DNA from: Escherichia coli
GTDB lineage: Bacteria; Pseudomonadota; Gammaproteobacteria; Enterobacterales; Enterobacteriaceae
Assembly: GCF_050920415.1 (NCBI RefSeq)
Contig: NZ_CP169309.1
Strand: one strand, 5' to 3'
DNA length: 64,000 nt
A program made the translations under genes and the position numbers. The notes beneath the pieces are model-generated. The model was not told the DNA's origin. It saw only the letters and a program-made list of their open reading frames with translations, and did no database searches. This document shows, piece after piece, positions 1 to 10,700 of the stretch. The stretch's first letter is position 1, and each line of letters begins with the position of its first letter.

Positions 1-1747
<1,747 letters not shown>

Positions 1748-2020
1748 TTATAATTGAATTAATCCACGGATGCGATAGTTGAGATCTTACATATTGTTGG
1801 TTAAAGAGATGTAGATCAAATTGATCGTAATTAAGACTTTTTGATTATGTCCGATTTCGGACAAATGCTTTATAAAAAAGGTTTTAGCTTCGTATTCTTC
1901 AAGAAATGAGGGAGAAAACAAGGCTGACTACCTTATTTTCTCACTCGCATTTCGAGGCAGCATTTTGTGCTCTGTTTAAAATTTGTGATCACAGTGTGAT
2001 TTTCACAAAAGGCACACTAT

Positions 2021-2914
<894 letters not shown>

Positions 2915-2967
2915 TTACCTCATCAATCGCTTGTAGTTATATGTTGTGTTGTGCACATCTATCCGTT

Positions 2968-2992
2968 TAGACGTCCAGATGTAAAGATGAAG
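2968..2992. promoter_or_regulatory. tandem met-box-like 8-mers (candidate MetJ operator) upstream of metF
   Basis: tagACGTCCAGATGTAAAGATG contains consecutive octamers resembling the AGACGTCT met box, about 60 bp upstream of the metF start. MetJ repression of metF is established; exact position is hand-indexed. Confidence 0.5.
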
Positions 2993-3294
2993 GAAAAGCT
3001 GAAGGGCGTCAACCGAAAAATGACCAATGATGGTGAGGAAAAATCAGGGAAGATGAAAAAAATTCATCTTAATTAGAGGTAATAAATAGATTTCTTTATA
3101 GCGCAATCAACCTCACTCGTTTTGACTGATATACAGGCAACACAACGGCACCTGTTTCTCATTCGAAAAACAACGCCCTGCCACCAGATGGTGATGCTAA
3201 AGCATCTGATTCGGCCTGCGCTCTCGTGTAGGCCGAATACAGAATCTGCGAAATCAACGGGTAACAAACAGCAGAGTCAACTCAGTGCGTACTT

Positions 3295-4850
3295 TTATTT
3301 AATATCTTTCACGCGCATACCGTTGATCTGTTCATCCGTGATGGTATTACCCGCTTTAAAGTAATCAACCACCGCGTGATAAACGTAATAACCGCCCGTC
3401 GTATTGCGCGCTTTACCCTCGGTAAACGCGGTAAAACCATCTCCACCATCAGCAAGGAAACTCTGAGTGGCAATGTGGTAAACCGTCGCATCTTCAATCG
3501 GTTTGCCATTCAAAGTCAGTGAGATAACCCGCTGACCAACCGGCTTGCTGCTGTCGTACTTCATTTCCAGGCCTTTCGATACCTGTAAAACGCCATTACT
3601 TAAACTTGCGCCGTGTTCCATCAAACTGCGTAATTGTTTACCCGTGAGATCCATCGTCACCAGTTCGTTGGGGAACGGGAAGGTACTGATGACGCCACCC
3701 ATCGTAATTGCACCCGCCGGGATCTCATTGCGAATCCCGCCAGAGTTGGTTAACGCCAACTGGGTATTTTTACCCGCCGCTGCCAGCAAAGCGTCCGCCG
3801 CCAGGTTCCCGAGGGAAGCCGATTCACCATAGGCACGTTTTAATTCAACCGGCGATTGCGCCACCGTTTGCTGACTTCATCCAGCTTTTTGTTCCAACTA
3901 TCAATCACCTGTTTCGTTTGCGGATCGGGCTTCCACTCATCGGCGTAAAGGGTTTTAAGCTCGAAGTTTTTCACCGTAAAAGTGTGCGGCTTCTCTTTGT
4001 AGTCGAGAACCAGTTTACCCACATCAATCCCGCCGCTGTCAGTGGAGAGGATTAACGTATTGCCGACTTTAATCGGTTCCGGCGTACCCACATGTGCATG
4101 CCCGGTGATCAAAATATCCAGCCCTTTCACCTGACTTGCCGTCTGAATATCTTTATCCAGCGCGCGACGCACATCTGTGCCTCCCATACTGGACTGGCGG
4201 GCCGGAACACCTTCGTGGATCAGGGCAACGGTCAAATCAACCTTGCCTTTGAGTTCATCGATATAACGTTGTAGCCATTTAATTTCATCACGCGCCTCAA
4301 TACCCACTCGCGTTGCCGCAGATACCGTATCATTAAAGGCAAATACACCGTGCAAACCAATCACGCCAATTTTCACGCCGTCTTTTTCAATGATGGTATA
4401 GGGCTTATCCCAGAATGATTTACTGCTGTTCTGATAAAAAACATTACCCTGCACAATCGGGAATTTTGCCTGACTCAGCTGTAATAACGTATTGTCCCAG
4501 CCGTGATCAAATTCATGATTACCTATAGTGACCGCATCGAACGGCATGGTATTCATAATATCGATAATCGCCTTGCCTTTAGTCAGGCTGCTGATATACG
4601 GCCCGGTAAAATAGTCACCCGCATCAAAAAACCAGGTCGCTTTGTTTTTAGCTTTTTCTTGTTTAACAAGCGTAGTGATATTTGCCCAGCCGCCAATATC
4701 TCGTTTACCGTCAGCAATCCACGGCACTTTATAAGGCTCTACATGTGCATGGAGGTCGTTGGTATAAATGATGGTGACATCTTTGGCGCAAGCCCAAAAC
4801 GGCAGTGTTAATGCGATACCCGCAGCAAGCATTTTAATTTTCATAAACAA
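3295..4850 (-). pseudogene. 5'-nucleotidase / metallophosphatase family paralog disrupted by a frameshift
   Basis: Two overlapping minus-strand ORFs in different frames (3840-4850, 336 aa; 3295-3864, 189 aa). Together they align end to end with the intact paralog at 7922-9547 (N-part ...[15 protein letters not shown]; C-part [19 protein letters not shown]...). The frame break is near 3850-3865. Metallophosphatase motifs DxH, GDxxxG and GNHE are present. Confidence 0.75.
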
Positions 4851-4893
4851 TCCCTTCCAGTGAGATAAAGGATTGCTACATTACGTTCTGAAA

Positions 4894-4909
4894 GGCTTTT
4901 TTATGTGAG
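4894..4909. promoter_or_regulatory. perfect-consensus CRP-type site TGTGA-N6-TCACA in a divergent promoter region
   Basis: Sequence tTGTGAgaatacTCACAt sits between the divergent starts at 4850 (minus) and 4977 (plus). Both half-sites match the CRP consensus exactly. Confidence 0.55.
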
Positions 4910-4976
4910 AATACTCACATCCAGAGGCGATAACTGTAGGACAAAATCAACGACCTTATGAAATCGTTGGTGATAT

Positions 4977-6104
4977 ATGTCAAATCTGTTTGCGATTAAT
5001 GTCTGTAAAACGTTCGGTTGTCGAAATTTGGGATTGGCCTCATCGGAAGATTACAGTTGGCCAGACTATAAACTGGGTTTTCCGGCACTACACTGCCAGG
5101 CATGCGGAAGTTACCCCCCTTTGTTTGATGAACAACAATTTCGTGACTGGTTGTCAGTTCACATGACTACGTGTGCCATAGAAACAGGGCATTTTTGTCC
5201 ATCATGCTATTGTAAAGAAAAGATTTTTTATGGCCACAACCCGCAGGGAACACAACGCGTTCAATGCCGTTCATGCAAAAAAGTCTGGACTCCGAAACAG
5301 CAGCCAGCAAGAGAAATTACGTATCCCCAGTCCATTGAAACCGTTCAACTGTTCATGCCCTTTCAAGGAGCCAGCGCACTACAAAAGCTCTATGTTTTAG
5401 TCAGTCTTGACGCCACTCGTGGCAACATCCTTCATCTCTCCACGAATTATACGCAACATCAGACAGGAGACAGTCTGCGGTACAGTTACAGAGGCAATAC
5501 AGAACCAACTGAGCACCATAGCGATATTGTGCAGAGGGTAGATATGCGTGAAGCGCAATTCTTGCGCCGGAGCCAGTTCGATGAAATTCAGTATGGCAGT
5601 GCTGTGCTCAAGCGCAATGGCAAGGGAGCCATACTACGCCCGGTTATCACGGCACACGGGCATTTCAGAATACTGAAAATCCGCTTTCCACATGTCAAAA
5701 CGCATATCATTTCACACGAATGTTTTCTGAGAGGCGCAATTATTACAGCCTGGGCAGATCAGTTCCGCCAACAACAAGGCGAACTTTGGTTCGTAGAAGA
5801 AGAAATCAGCGACCGTAACGCTGATATTCCCTGGCATTTTCAGGGAACGACATACCATGGTTGGTGGCAAAATCAGTGGCAACGCTGGGGGCAGGGGAAT
5901 AACAGCAAGATGGTCTGCCTGCTCACAGGAGTCTCCTTAGAAAGGGGCGCAAATGTTTCTCTGGCAACCAGTCGTTGCTTTATCACATGGCTGACAGACC
6001 AACACGACTTTACCCAAAGCGCGTTATTATCCGCAGGTCGCGTAACGAAAATGCTGACCTCACTGGCGTTAAAATACAATGAATCGCTCAATCCATCTTG
6101 TTAG
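4977..6104 (+). CDS. hypothetical cysteine-rich protein (multiple CxxC pairs, possible zinc-ribbon N-terminus); function unknown
   Basis: 375-aa ORF with no signal peptide. N-terminal 100 residues carry C10/C15, C40/C43, C74/C77/C79 and C97/C100 (HCQACGS..., CPSCYC..., CRSCKKVW). The C-terminal part is Trp-rich. I do not recognise the family. Confidence 0.65.
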   Translation: MSNLFAINVCKTFGCRNLGLASSEDYSWPDYKLGFPALHCQACGSYPPLFDEQQFRDWLSVHMTTCAIETGHFCPSCYCKEKIFYGHNPQGTQRVQCRSCKKVWTPKQQPAREITYPQSIETVQLFMPFQGASALQKLYVLVSLDATRGNILHLSTNYTQHQTGDSLRYSYRGNTEPTEHHSDIVQRVDMREAQFLRRSQFDEIQYGSAVLKRNGKGAILRPVITAHGHFRILKIRFPHVKTHIISHECFLRGAIITAWADQFRQQQGELWFVEEEISDRNADIPWHFQGTTYHGWWQNQWQRWGQGNNSKMVCLLTGVSLERGANVSLATSRCFITWLTDQHDFTQSALLSAGRVTKMLTSLALKYNESLNPSC

Positions 6105-6222
6105 TCAATACACTCGACAAACGACCATAAATTAATGGGATCACTATTTCTCATTTAATTAAATATATGAATGTATGACTGAAAAATATAATCACAGTCA
6201 ATGTTTAATTAATAACATTATT

Positions 6223-6238
6223 TGTTACTAAGATCACA
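6223..6238. promoter_or_regulatory. CRP-like site (TGTTA-N6-TCACA, one mismatch) upstream of the nucleotidase/tsx-like gene set
   Basis: tTGTTActaagaTCACAt lies about 95 bp upstream of the 6334 start in an AT-rich 229-bp leader. Confidence 0.3.
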
Positions 6239-6333
6239 TAATACTTTCCTGACCTATGCTTACATAAAAATAAGACACGGAGTTCCTTTTATTTAAATAA
6301 TTCAACCAATGTAACAACCCCTATCAAGGAGGG

Positions 6334-7887
6334 ATGATGAGAACTGTATTTACGACTTTATCAGTCATATTCAGCGTGATGTTTTCTCACAGTATACTAG
6401 CTCAGGACGTTACTATTTATTATACGAATGATATTCACGCACATGTCAATCCGGCAAAAATTCCCGCTGTTGATAAGAACAGACTTGTAGGTGGTATGGC
6501 TAATATCGCAGGCATCGTTAATGAAGCGAAGAAAAAAAACAAAGATGTCTTTTTCTTTGATGCAGGCGACTATTTTACCGGTCCGTATATCAGTACCCTG
6601 ACCAAAGGTGAAGCTATTATTGATATCATGAACACCATGCCCTTTGATGCGGTGTCCGTTGGTAATCACGAGTTCGATCACGGCGTGCCCAATATGGTAT
6701 CTCAGTTATCAAAAGCAAAATTCCCCATTCTGCTGGGAAATATTTACTACACCGATACAAATAAACCAGTTTGGGATCATCCGTGGACCATTATCGAAAA
6801 AGATGGTTTAAAGATTGGTGTGATTGGATTGCATGGTGCATTCGCTTTCTATGATACAGTCGCGGCAAAAGCACGTGAAGGCGTAGAAGCCAGAGACGAA
6901 ATTAAATATTTAAATAAAGCACTTGCAGAATTAAAAGGTAAAGTCGACATTACCGTTTTGCTAATTCACGAAGGTGTTCCGGCGCGTCAATCAAGCTTTG
7001 GTAGTAAAGATGTGGAGCGGCTACTACAGGCAGATATTGAGACAGCTAAAAAAGTGAATGGTGTTGATGTCTTAATTACCGGTCACGCACATGTCGGAAC
7101 ACCGCAACCAATAAAAGTTAATAACACATTAATTGTATCTACCGATGCATACGGCACCGACATCGGAAAACTTGTGCTTGATTACAATCCGAAAACAAAG
7201 AAAATTGATAGTTATAATGGTGAGTTAATCACCATCTTTGCAGATCAATTTAAACCTGACACCATCGTTCAAAATACTATCGATAAATGGAGCGTAAAAC
7301 TTAACAAAATAACACAGGAAGTTGTCGGCCATTCTCCCGTAGTTTTAACACGTGAGTATGGCAGTTCTTCTTCTACCGGTAACCTTATTCTGGATGCAAT
7401 GATGGAAAAAACACCTGATGCCATTGCCGGATTTCAAAATAGCGGTGGGATGCGAGCTGATTTTCCTAAAGGTGATATCACACTGGGAGATGTTATTAGC
7501 ACATTCCCCTTTAATAATGACCTCATCGAGATGGATTTGACGGGCCGCGATCTCAAATCGTTGATGACGCATGCAACCAATCTAACTAACGGTGTGTTAC
7601 AGGTTTCAAAAAGCGTTGCGGTTGTCTATGACAGCAAAAAACCACTCAACCAACGGTTAATCTCTTTCACCATTAACGGCAAACCCGTGGAAGATAATCA
7701 AACATATCGTATTGCCACGCACTCCTTTTGTGCCAGTGGTGGTGACGGTTTTGAAGCATTTTTGAATGGAAAAAATGTGAAGACGATACCGGGAACAACC
7801 TCGGCGGAATCAATCATCGATTATTTCAAAAATCATAAACCTGTCACCCCAGACTTAACTAAACGAGTCATGGACGTCGCCAAATAA
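6334..7887 (+). CDS. periplasmic bifunctional metallophosphatase / 5'-nucleotidase family protein (UshA-like)
   Basis: 517-aa ORF with a signal peptide (MMRTVFTTLSVIFSVMFSHSILA|QD), metallophosphatase motifs (TNDIHAH, FDAGDYFTG, GNHEFD) and a 5'-nucleotidase-type C-terminal domain. Strong Shine-Dalgarno (aaggaggg) precedes the start. Confidence 0.85.
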   Translation: MMRTVFTTLSVIFSVMFSHSILAQDVTIYYTNDIHAHVNPAKIPAVDKNRLVGGMANIAGIVNEAKKKNKDVFFFDAGDYFTGPYISTLTKGEAIIDIMNTMPFDAVSVGNHEFDHGVPNMVSQLSKAKFPILLGNIYYTDTNKPVWDHPWTIIEKDGLKIGVIGLHGAFAFYDTVAAKAREGVEARDEIKYLNKALAELKGKVDITVLLIHEGVPARQSSFGSKDVERLLQADIETAKKVNGVDVLITGHAHVGTPQPIKVNNTLIVSTDAYGTDIGKLVLDYNPKTKKIDSYNGELITIFADQFKPDTIVQNTIDKWSVKLNKITQEVVGHSPVVLTREYGSSSSTGNLILDAMMEKTPDAIAGFQNSGGMRADFPKGDITLGDVISTFPFNNDLIEMDLTGRDLKSLMTHATNLTNGVLQVSKSVAVVYDSKKPLNQRLISFTINGKPVEDNQTYRIATHSFCASGGDGFEAFLNGKNVKTIPGTTSAESIIDYFKNHKPVTPDLTKRVMDVAK

Positions 7888-7921
7888 AATATCATTTATC
7901 AGTCTATATATTTAACAAGGA

Positions 7922-9547
7922 ATGCGAATGAAAACAGTGCAGCGTACTTTACTTGCCGCAACATTGCTGACTATTTTTTCGGTCTCAGTCATGGCGCAGG
8001 ATGGCACGATTATTTATACAAATGATCTTCACACTCATGTGGATTCTTATAAAGTGCCGTATATCGCAGACGGAAAACGCGACATTGGCGGCTTTGCCAA
8101 TATATCTACTTTAGTAAAACAAGAGAAAGCGAAAAATAAAGCCACCTTTTATTTTGATGCTGGAGACTATTTCACCGGCCCTTATATCAGCAGTCTGACA
8201 AAGGGCGAAGCAATAATTGACATTATGAATACCATGCCTTTTGACGCAGTATCAATCGGCAATCATGAGTTTGACCATGGCTGGGATAATGCCCTGCGAC
8301 AATTAAGCAAAGCGAATTTTCCTGTTTTATTGGGCAATGTTTATCATAAAGAGAGTGAGAAACCCTTCTGGAACAAGCCCTACACCATCCTGGAAAAAGA
8401 TGGCATCAAGATTGGTATTATTGGGCTACACGGCGTATTTGCATTTAATGATACGGTCTCGGAGCTCTCTCTCCAGGGACTCGATAATGACAATAATAAC
8501 CGCTTTGATAAATCTTCCGAGACCCTTAAGAATCAGGGGATTGAAGCACGTGATGAAGTGAAGTATTTGCAGCATTATATCGACGAGTTACGTGATAAGG
8601 TTGACCTCACTGTGGCGCTGGTTCATGAAGGCGTTCCGGCGCGTCAGTCCAGCATTGGCAATACAGATGTTAGACGCGCTCTTGATAAAGATATTCAAAC
8701 CGCTAGCAAGGTGAAAGGATTGGATATTCTGATTACCGGGCATGCCCACGTCGGAACGCCAGAACCAATCAAAGTCGGCAACACCTTAATCCTTTCGACT
8801 GATAGTGGCGGTATCGATATTGGTAAATTAGTCCTTGATGTCAACCCTACAGCTCGTACCCATAAAATGAAGAGCTTTGAGCTGAAAACAGTTTATGCCG
8901 ATGAATGGATACCCGATCCAACGACACAAAAAGTTATCAATGGCTGGAATAAAAAACTGGCGGATATTGTACGCCAACCAGTGGGTGAATCATCGATTGT
9001 ATTAACTCGCGCCTATGGTGAGTCATCGCAACTAGGCAACCTGTTTACCGATGCAATGCTTGTCGCTGCTCCGACTGCACAGATTGCATTGATAAACTCC
9101 GGCAGCTTACGTGCGGATATAAATGCAGGCACGATTACCTTTGGCGACATTACCAGTACATTCCCCTTCAAGAATGAACTTACTGAAATGGATCTCAGCG
9201 GTAAGGATCTGCGTAACCTACTGGAACACGGGGCATCGCTTACCAATGGCATCCTGCAAATGTCAAAAGGCGCAGAAATGCGCTATACCCCGCAGAAACC
9301 AGTAGGTCAGCGCATAGTATCTTTTAAAATTAATGGTGAAGAGATCGTTGATACGAATATTTACCATGTTGCAACAACGACTTTCCTTGCACTGGGGGGC
9401 GATGGTTTTCTGGCATTCAAAGAAGGGAAAAATGTTCAGGTCCGCGCCAGAAATAACATGTCCGATGTCGTGATCGATTATTTGAAGAAAGGCCACAAGA
9501 TTACGCCTGCACAGGTAAATGAAATGCGGGTGGACGTTAGCAAATAA
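7922..9547 (+). CDS. periplasmic bifunctional metallophosphatase / 5'-nucleotidase family protein, second paralog
   Basis: 541-aa ORF with a signal peptide (…VSVMA|QDG) and the same motif set. It is about 80% identical by eye to the frameshifted copy at 3295-4850 and carries an extra low-complexity insert (LQGLDNDNNNRFDKSSETLKNQ). Confidence 0.85.
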   Translation: MRMKTVQRTLLAATLLTIFSVSVMAQDGTIIYTNDLHTHVDSYKVPYIADGKRDIGGFANISTLVKQEKAKNKATFYFDAGDYFTGPYISSLTKGEAIIDIMNTMPFDAVSIGNHEFDHGWDNALRQLSKANFPVLLGNVYHKESEKPFWNKPYTILEKDGIKIGIIGLHGVFAFNDTVSELSLQGLDNDNNNRFDKSSETLKNQGIEARDEVKYLQHYIDELRDKVDLTVALVHEGVPARQSSIGNTDVRRALDKDIQTASKVKGLDILITGHAHVGTPEPIKVGNTLILSTDSGGIDIGKLVLDVNPTARTHKMKSFELKTVYADEWIPDPTTQKVINGWNKKLADIVRQPVGESSIVLTRAYGESSQLGNLFTDAMLVAAPTAQIALINSGSLRADINAGTITFGDITSTFPFKNELTEMDLSGKDLRNLLEHGASLTNGILQMSKGAEMRYTPQKPVGQRIVSFKINGEEIVDTNIYHVATTTFLALGGDGFLAFKEGKNVQVRARNNMSDVVIDYLKKGHKITPAQVNEMRVDVSK

Positions 9548-9557
9548 TAAAAAATTA

Positions 9558-9592
9558 TAATGCCATTCATTCACTGAATGGCATTATTTTTC
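9558..9592 (+). terminator. rho-independent terminator-like hairpin after the second nucleotidase gene
   Basis: Inverted repeat aatgccattca / tgaatggcatt with loop ttcac, followed by a T-run (tattttt). Confidence 0.55.
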
Positions 9593-9624
9593 TCTAAATC
9601 AACAATAAATAATGAGATATATTT

Positions 9625-10485
9625 ATGTGTATAAAAAAGCACGGGATAGCTTTATCGATTCTATTAATACCTTGCATTGGAAACGCTCAGGAAATTAAAA
9701 GTGAGGAAGGCTGGTTACATCAAAGCTTGAATGTCATTGGTCGCACAGACTCTCGCTTTGGCCCAAGGCTGACTAACGACCTCTACCCTGAATATACTGT
9801 AGCAGGAAGAAAAGACTGGTTTGATTTTTATGGTTATGTTGATCTACCAAAATTCTTTGGCGTCGGCAGTCACTATGATGTTGGGATCTGGGATGAGGGC
9901 TCACCACTATTTACGGAAATAGAACCTCGGTTTTCCATTGACAAATTGACCGGATTAAATCTTGCGTTCGGCCCTTTTAAAGAATGGTTCATTGCAAACA
10001 ACTATGTCTATGATATGGGTGACAACCAGTCATCCCGGCAAAGTACATGGTATATGGGGCTTGGTACAGATATCGACACGGGTCTACCAATTAAGCTTTC
10101 TGCCAATATATACACCAAGTATCAGTGGCAAAACTATGGTGCCGCTAATGAAAATGAATGGGACGGATATCGATTCAAAATAAAATATAGCATTCCTCTT
10201 ACCCATTTATTCGGAGGGCGATTGGTATACAATAGTTTTACTAACTTTGATTTTGGCTCCGATCTTGCGGACAAATCACACAATAATAAACGAACCAGTA
10301 ATGCTATTGCTTCAAGCCATATCCTTTCCCTGCTATATGAACACTGGAAATTTGCATTTACACTACGTTATTTTCACAACGGTGGACAATGGAATGCTGG
10401 GGAGAAAGTTAACTTCGGAGATGGTCCATTTGAATTAAAAAACACAGGATGGGGAACCTATACTACTATTGGTTATCAATTTTAA
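9625..10485 (+). CDS. Tsx-family outer-membrane nucleoside-specific channel paralog
   Basis: 286-aa ORF with a signal peptide (…IGNA|QE). It shares long blocks with E. coli Tsx as I remember it ([90 protein letters not shown]) and ends in an aromatic residue. Confidence 0.85.
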   Translation: MCIKKHGIALSILLIPCIGNAQEIKSEEGWLHQSLNVIGRTDSRFGPRLTNDLYPEYTVAGRKDWFDFYGYVDLPKFFGVGSHYDVGIWDEGSPLFTEIEPRFSIDKLTGLNLAFGPFKEWFIANNYVYDMGDNQSSRQSTWYMGLGTDIDTGLPIKLSANIYTKYQWQNYGAANENEWDGYRFKIKYSIPLTHLFGGRLVYNSFTNFDFGSDLADKSHNNKRTSNAIASSHILSLLYEHWKFAFTLRYFHNGGQWNAGEKVNFGDGPFELKNTGWGTYTTIGYQF

Positions 10486-10630
10486 ATCAGGTGATGTTTT
10501 AGATATTTTTACTTAATGCCATTTTGTAATTGTCATAAATAACTTCACCATTCACACTGTGAATTCATCGCTCAACACAAAAGCCCCTTATTACCGGGGC
10601 ACTGACCAAAGGCAAAATGACAATCAATCA

Positions 10631-10688
10631 CCACCTCCGCAGGAGGTGGTTTAGAGGTGACAACAAAAGCTGGCAACTGCCAGCTTTT
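10631..10688. terminator. two adjacent hairpins forming a probable bidirectional terminator between the tsx-like gene and metL
   Basis: ccacctccgcaggaggtgg (10631-10649) and aaaagctggcaactgccagctttt (10665-10688). On the minus strand the second is a GC stem followed by a T-run immediately after the metL stop. Confidence 0.55.
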
Positions 10689-10700
10689 GTTCAATAATCA

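Noticed and set aside
1981-2010. Cluster of TGTGA/TCACA motifs (tgtgatcacagtgtgattttcaca) downstream of metF, considered as a CRP site
   Set aside because: Half-site spacing does not fit TGTGA-N6-TCACA. It is more likely part of the metF 3' hairpin or katG upstream region, and I cannot assign it confidently.
3840-3864. Possibility that the nucleotidase frame break is a programmed ribosomal frameshift
   Set aside because: There is no slippery heptamer or downstream stimulatory structure at the overlap. An indel pseudogene or sequencing error is more likely.
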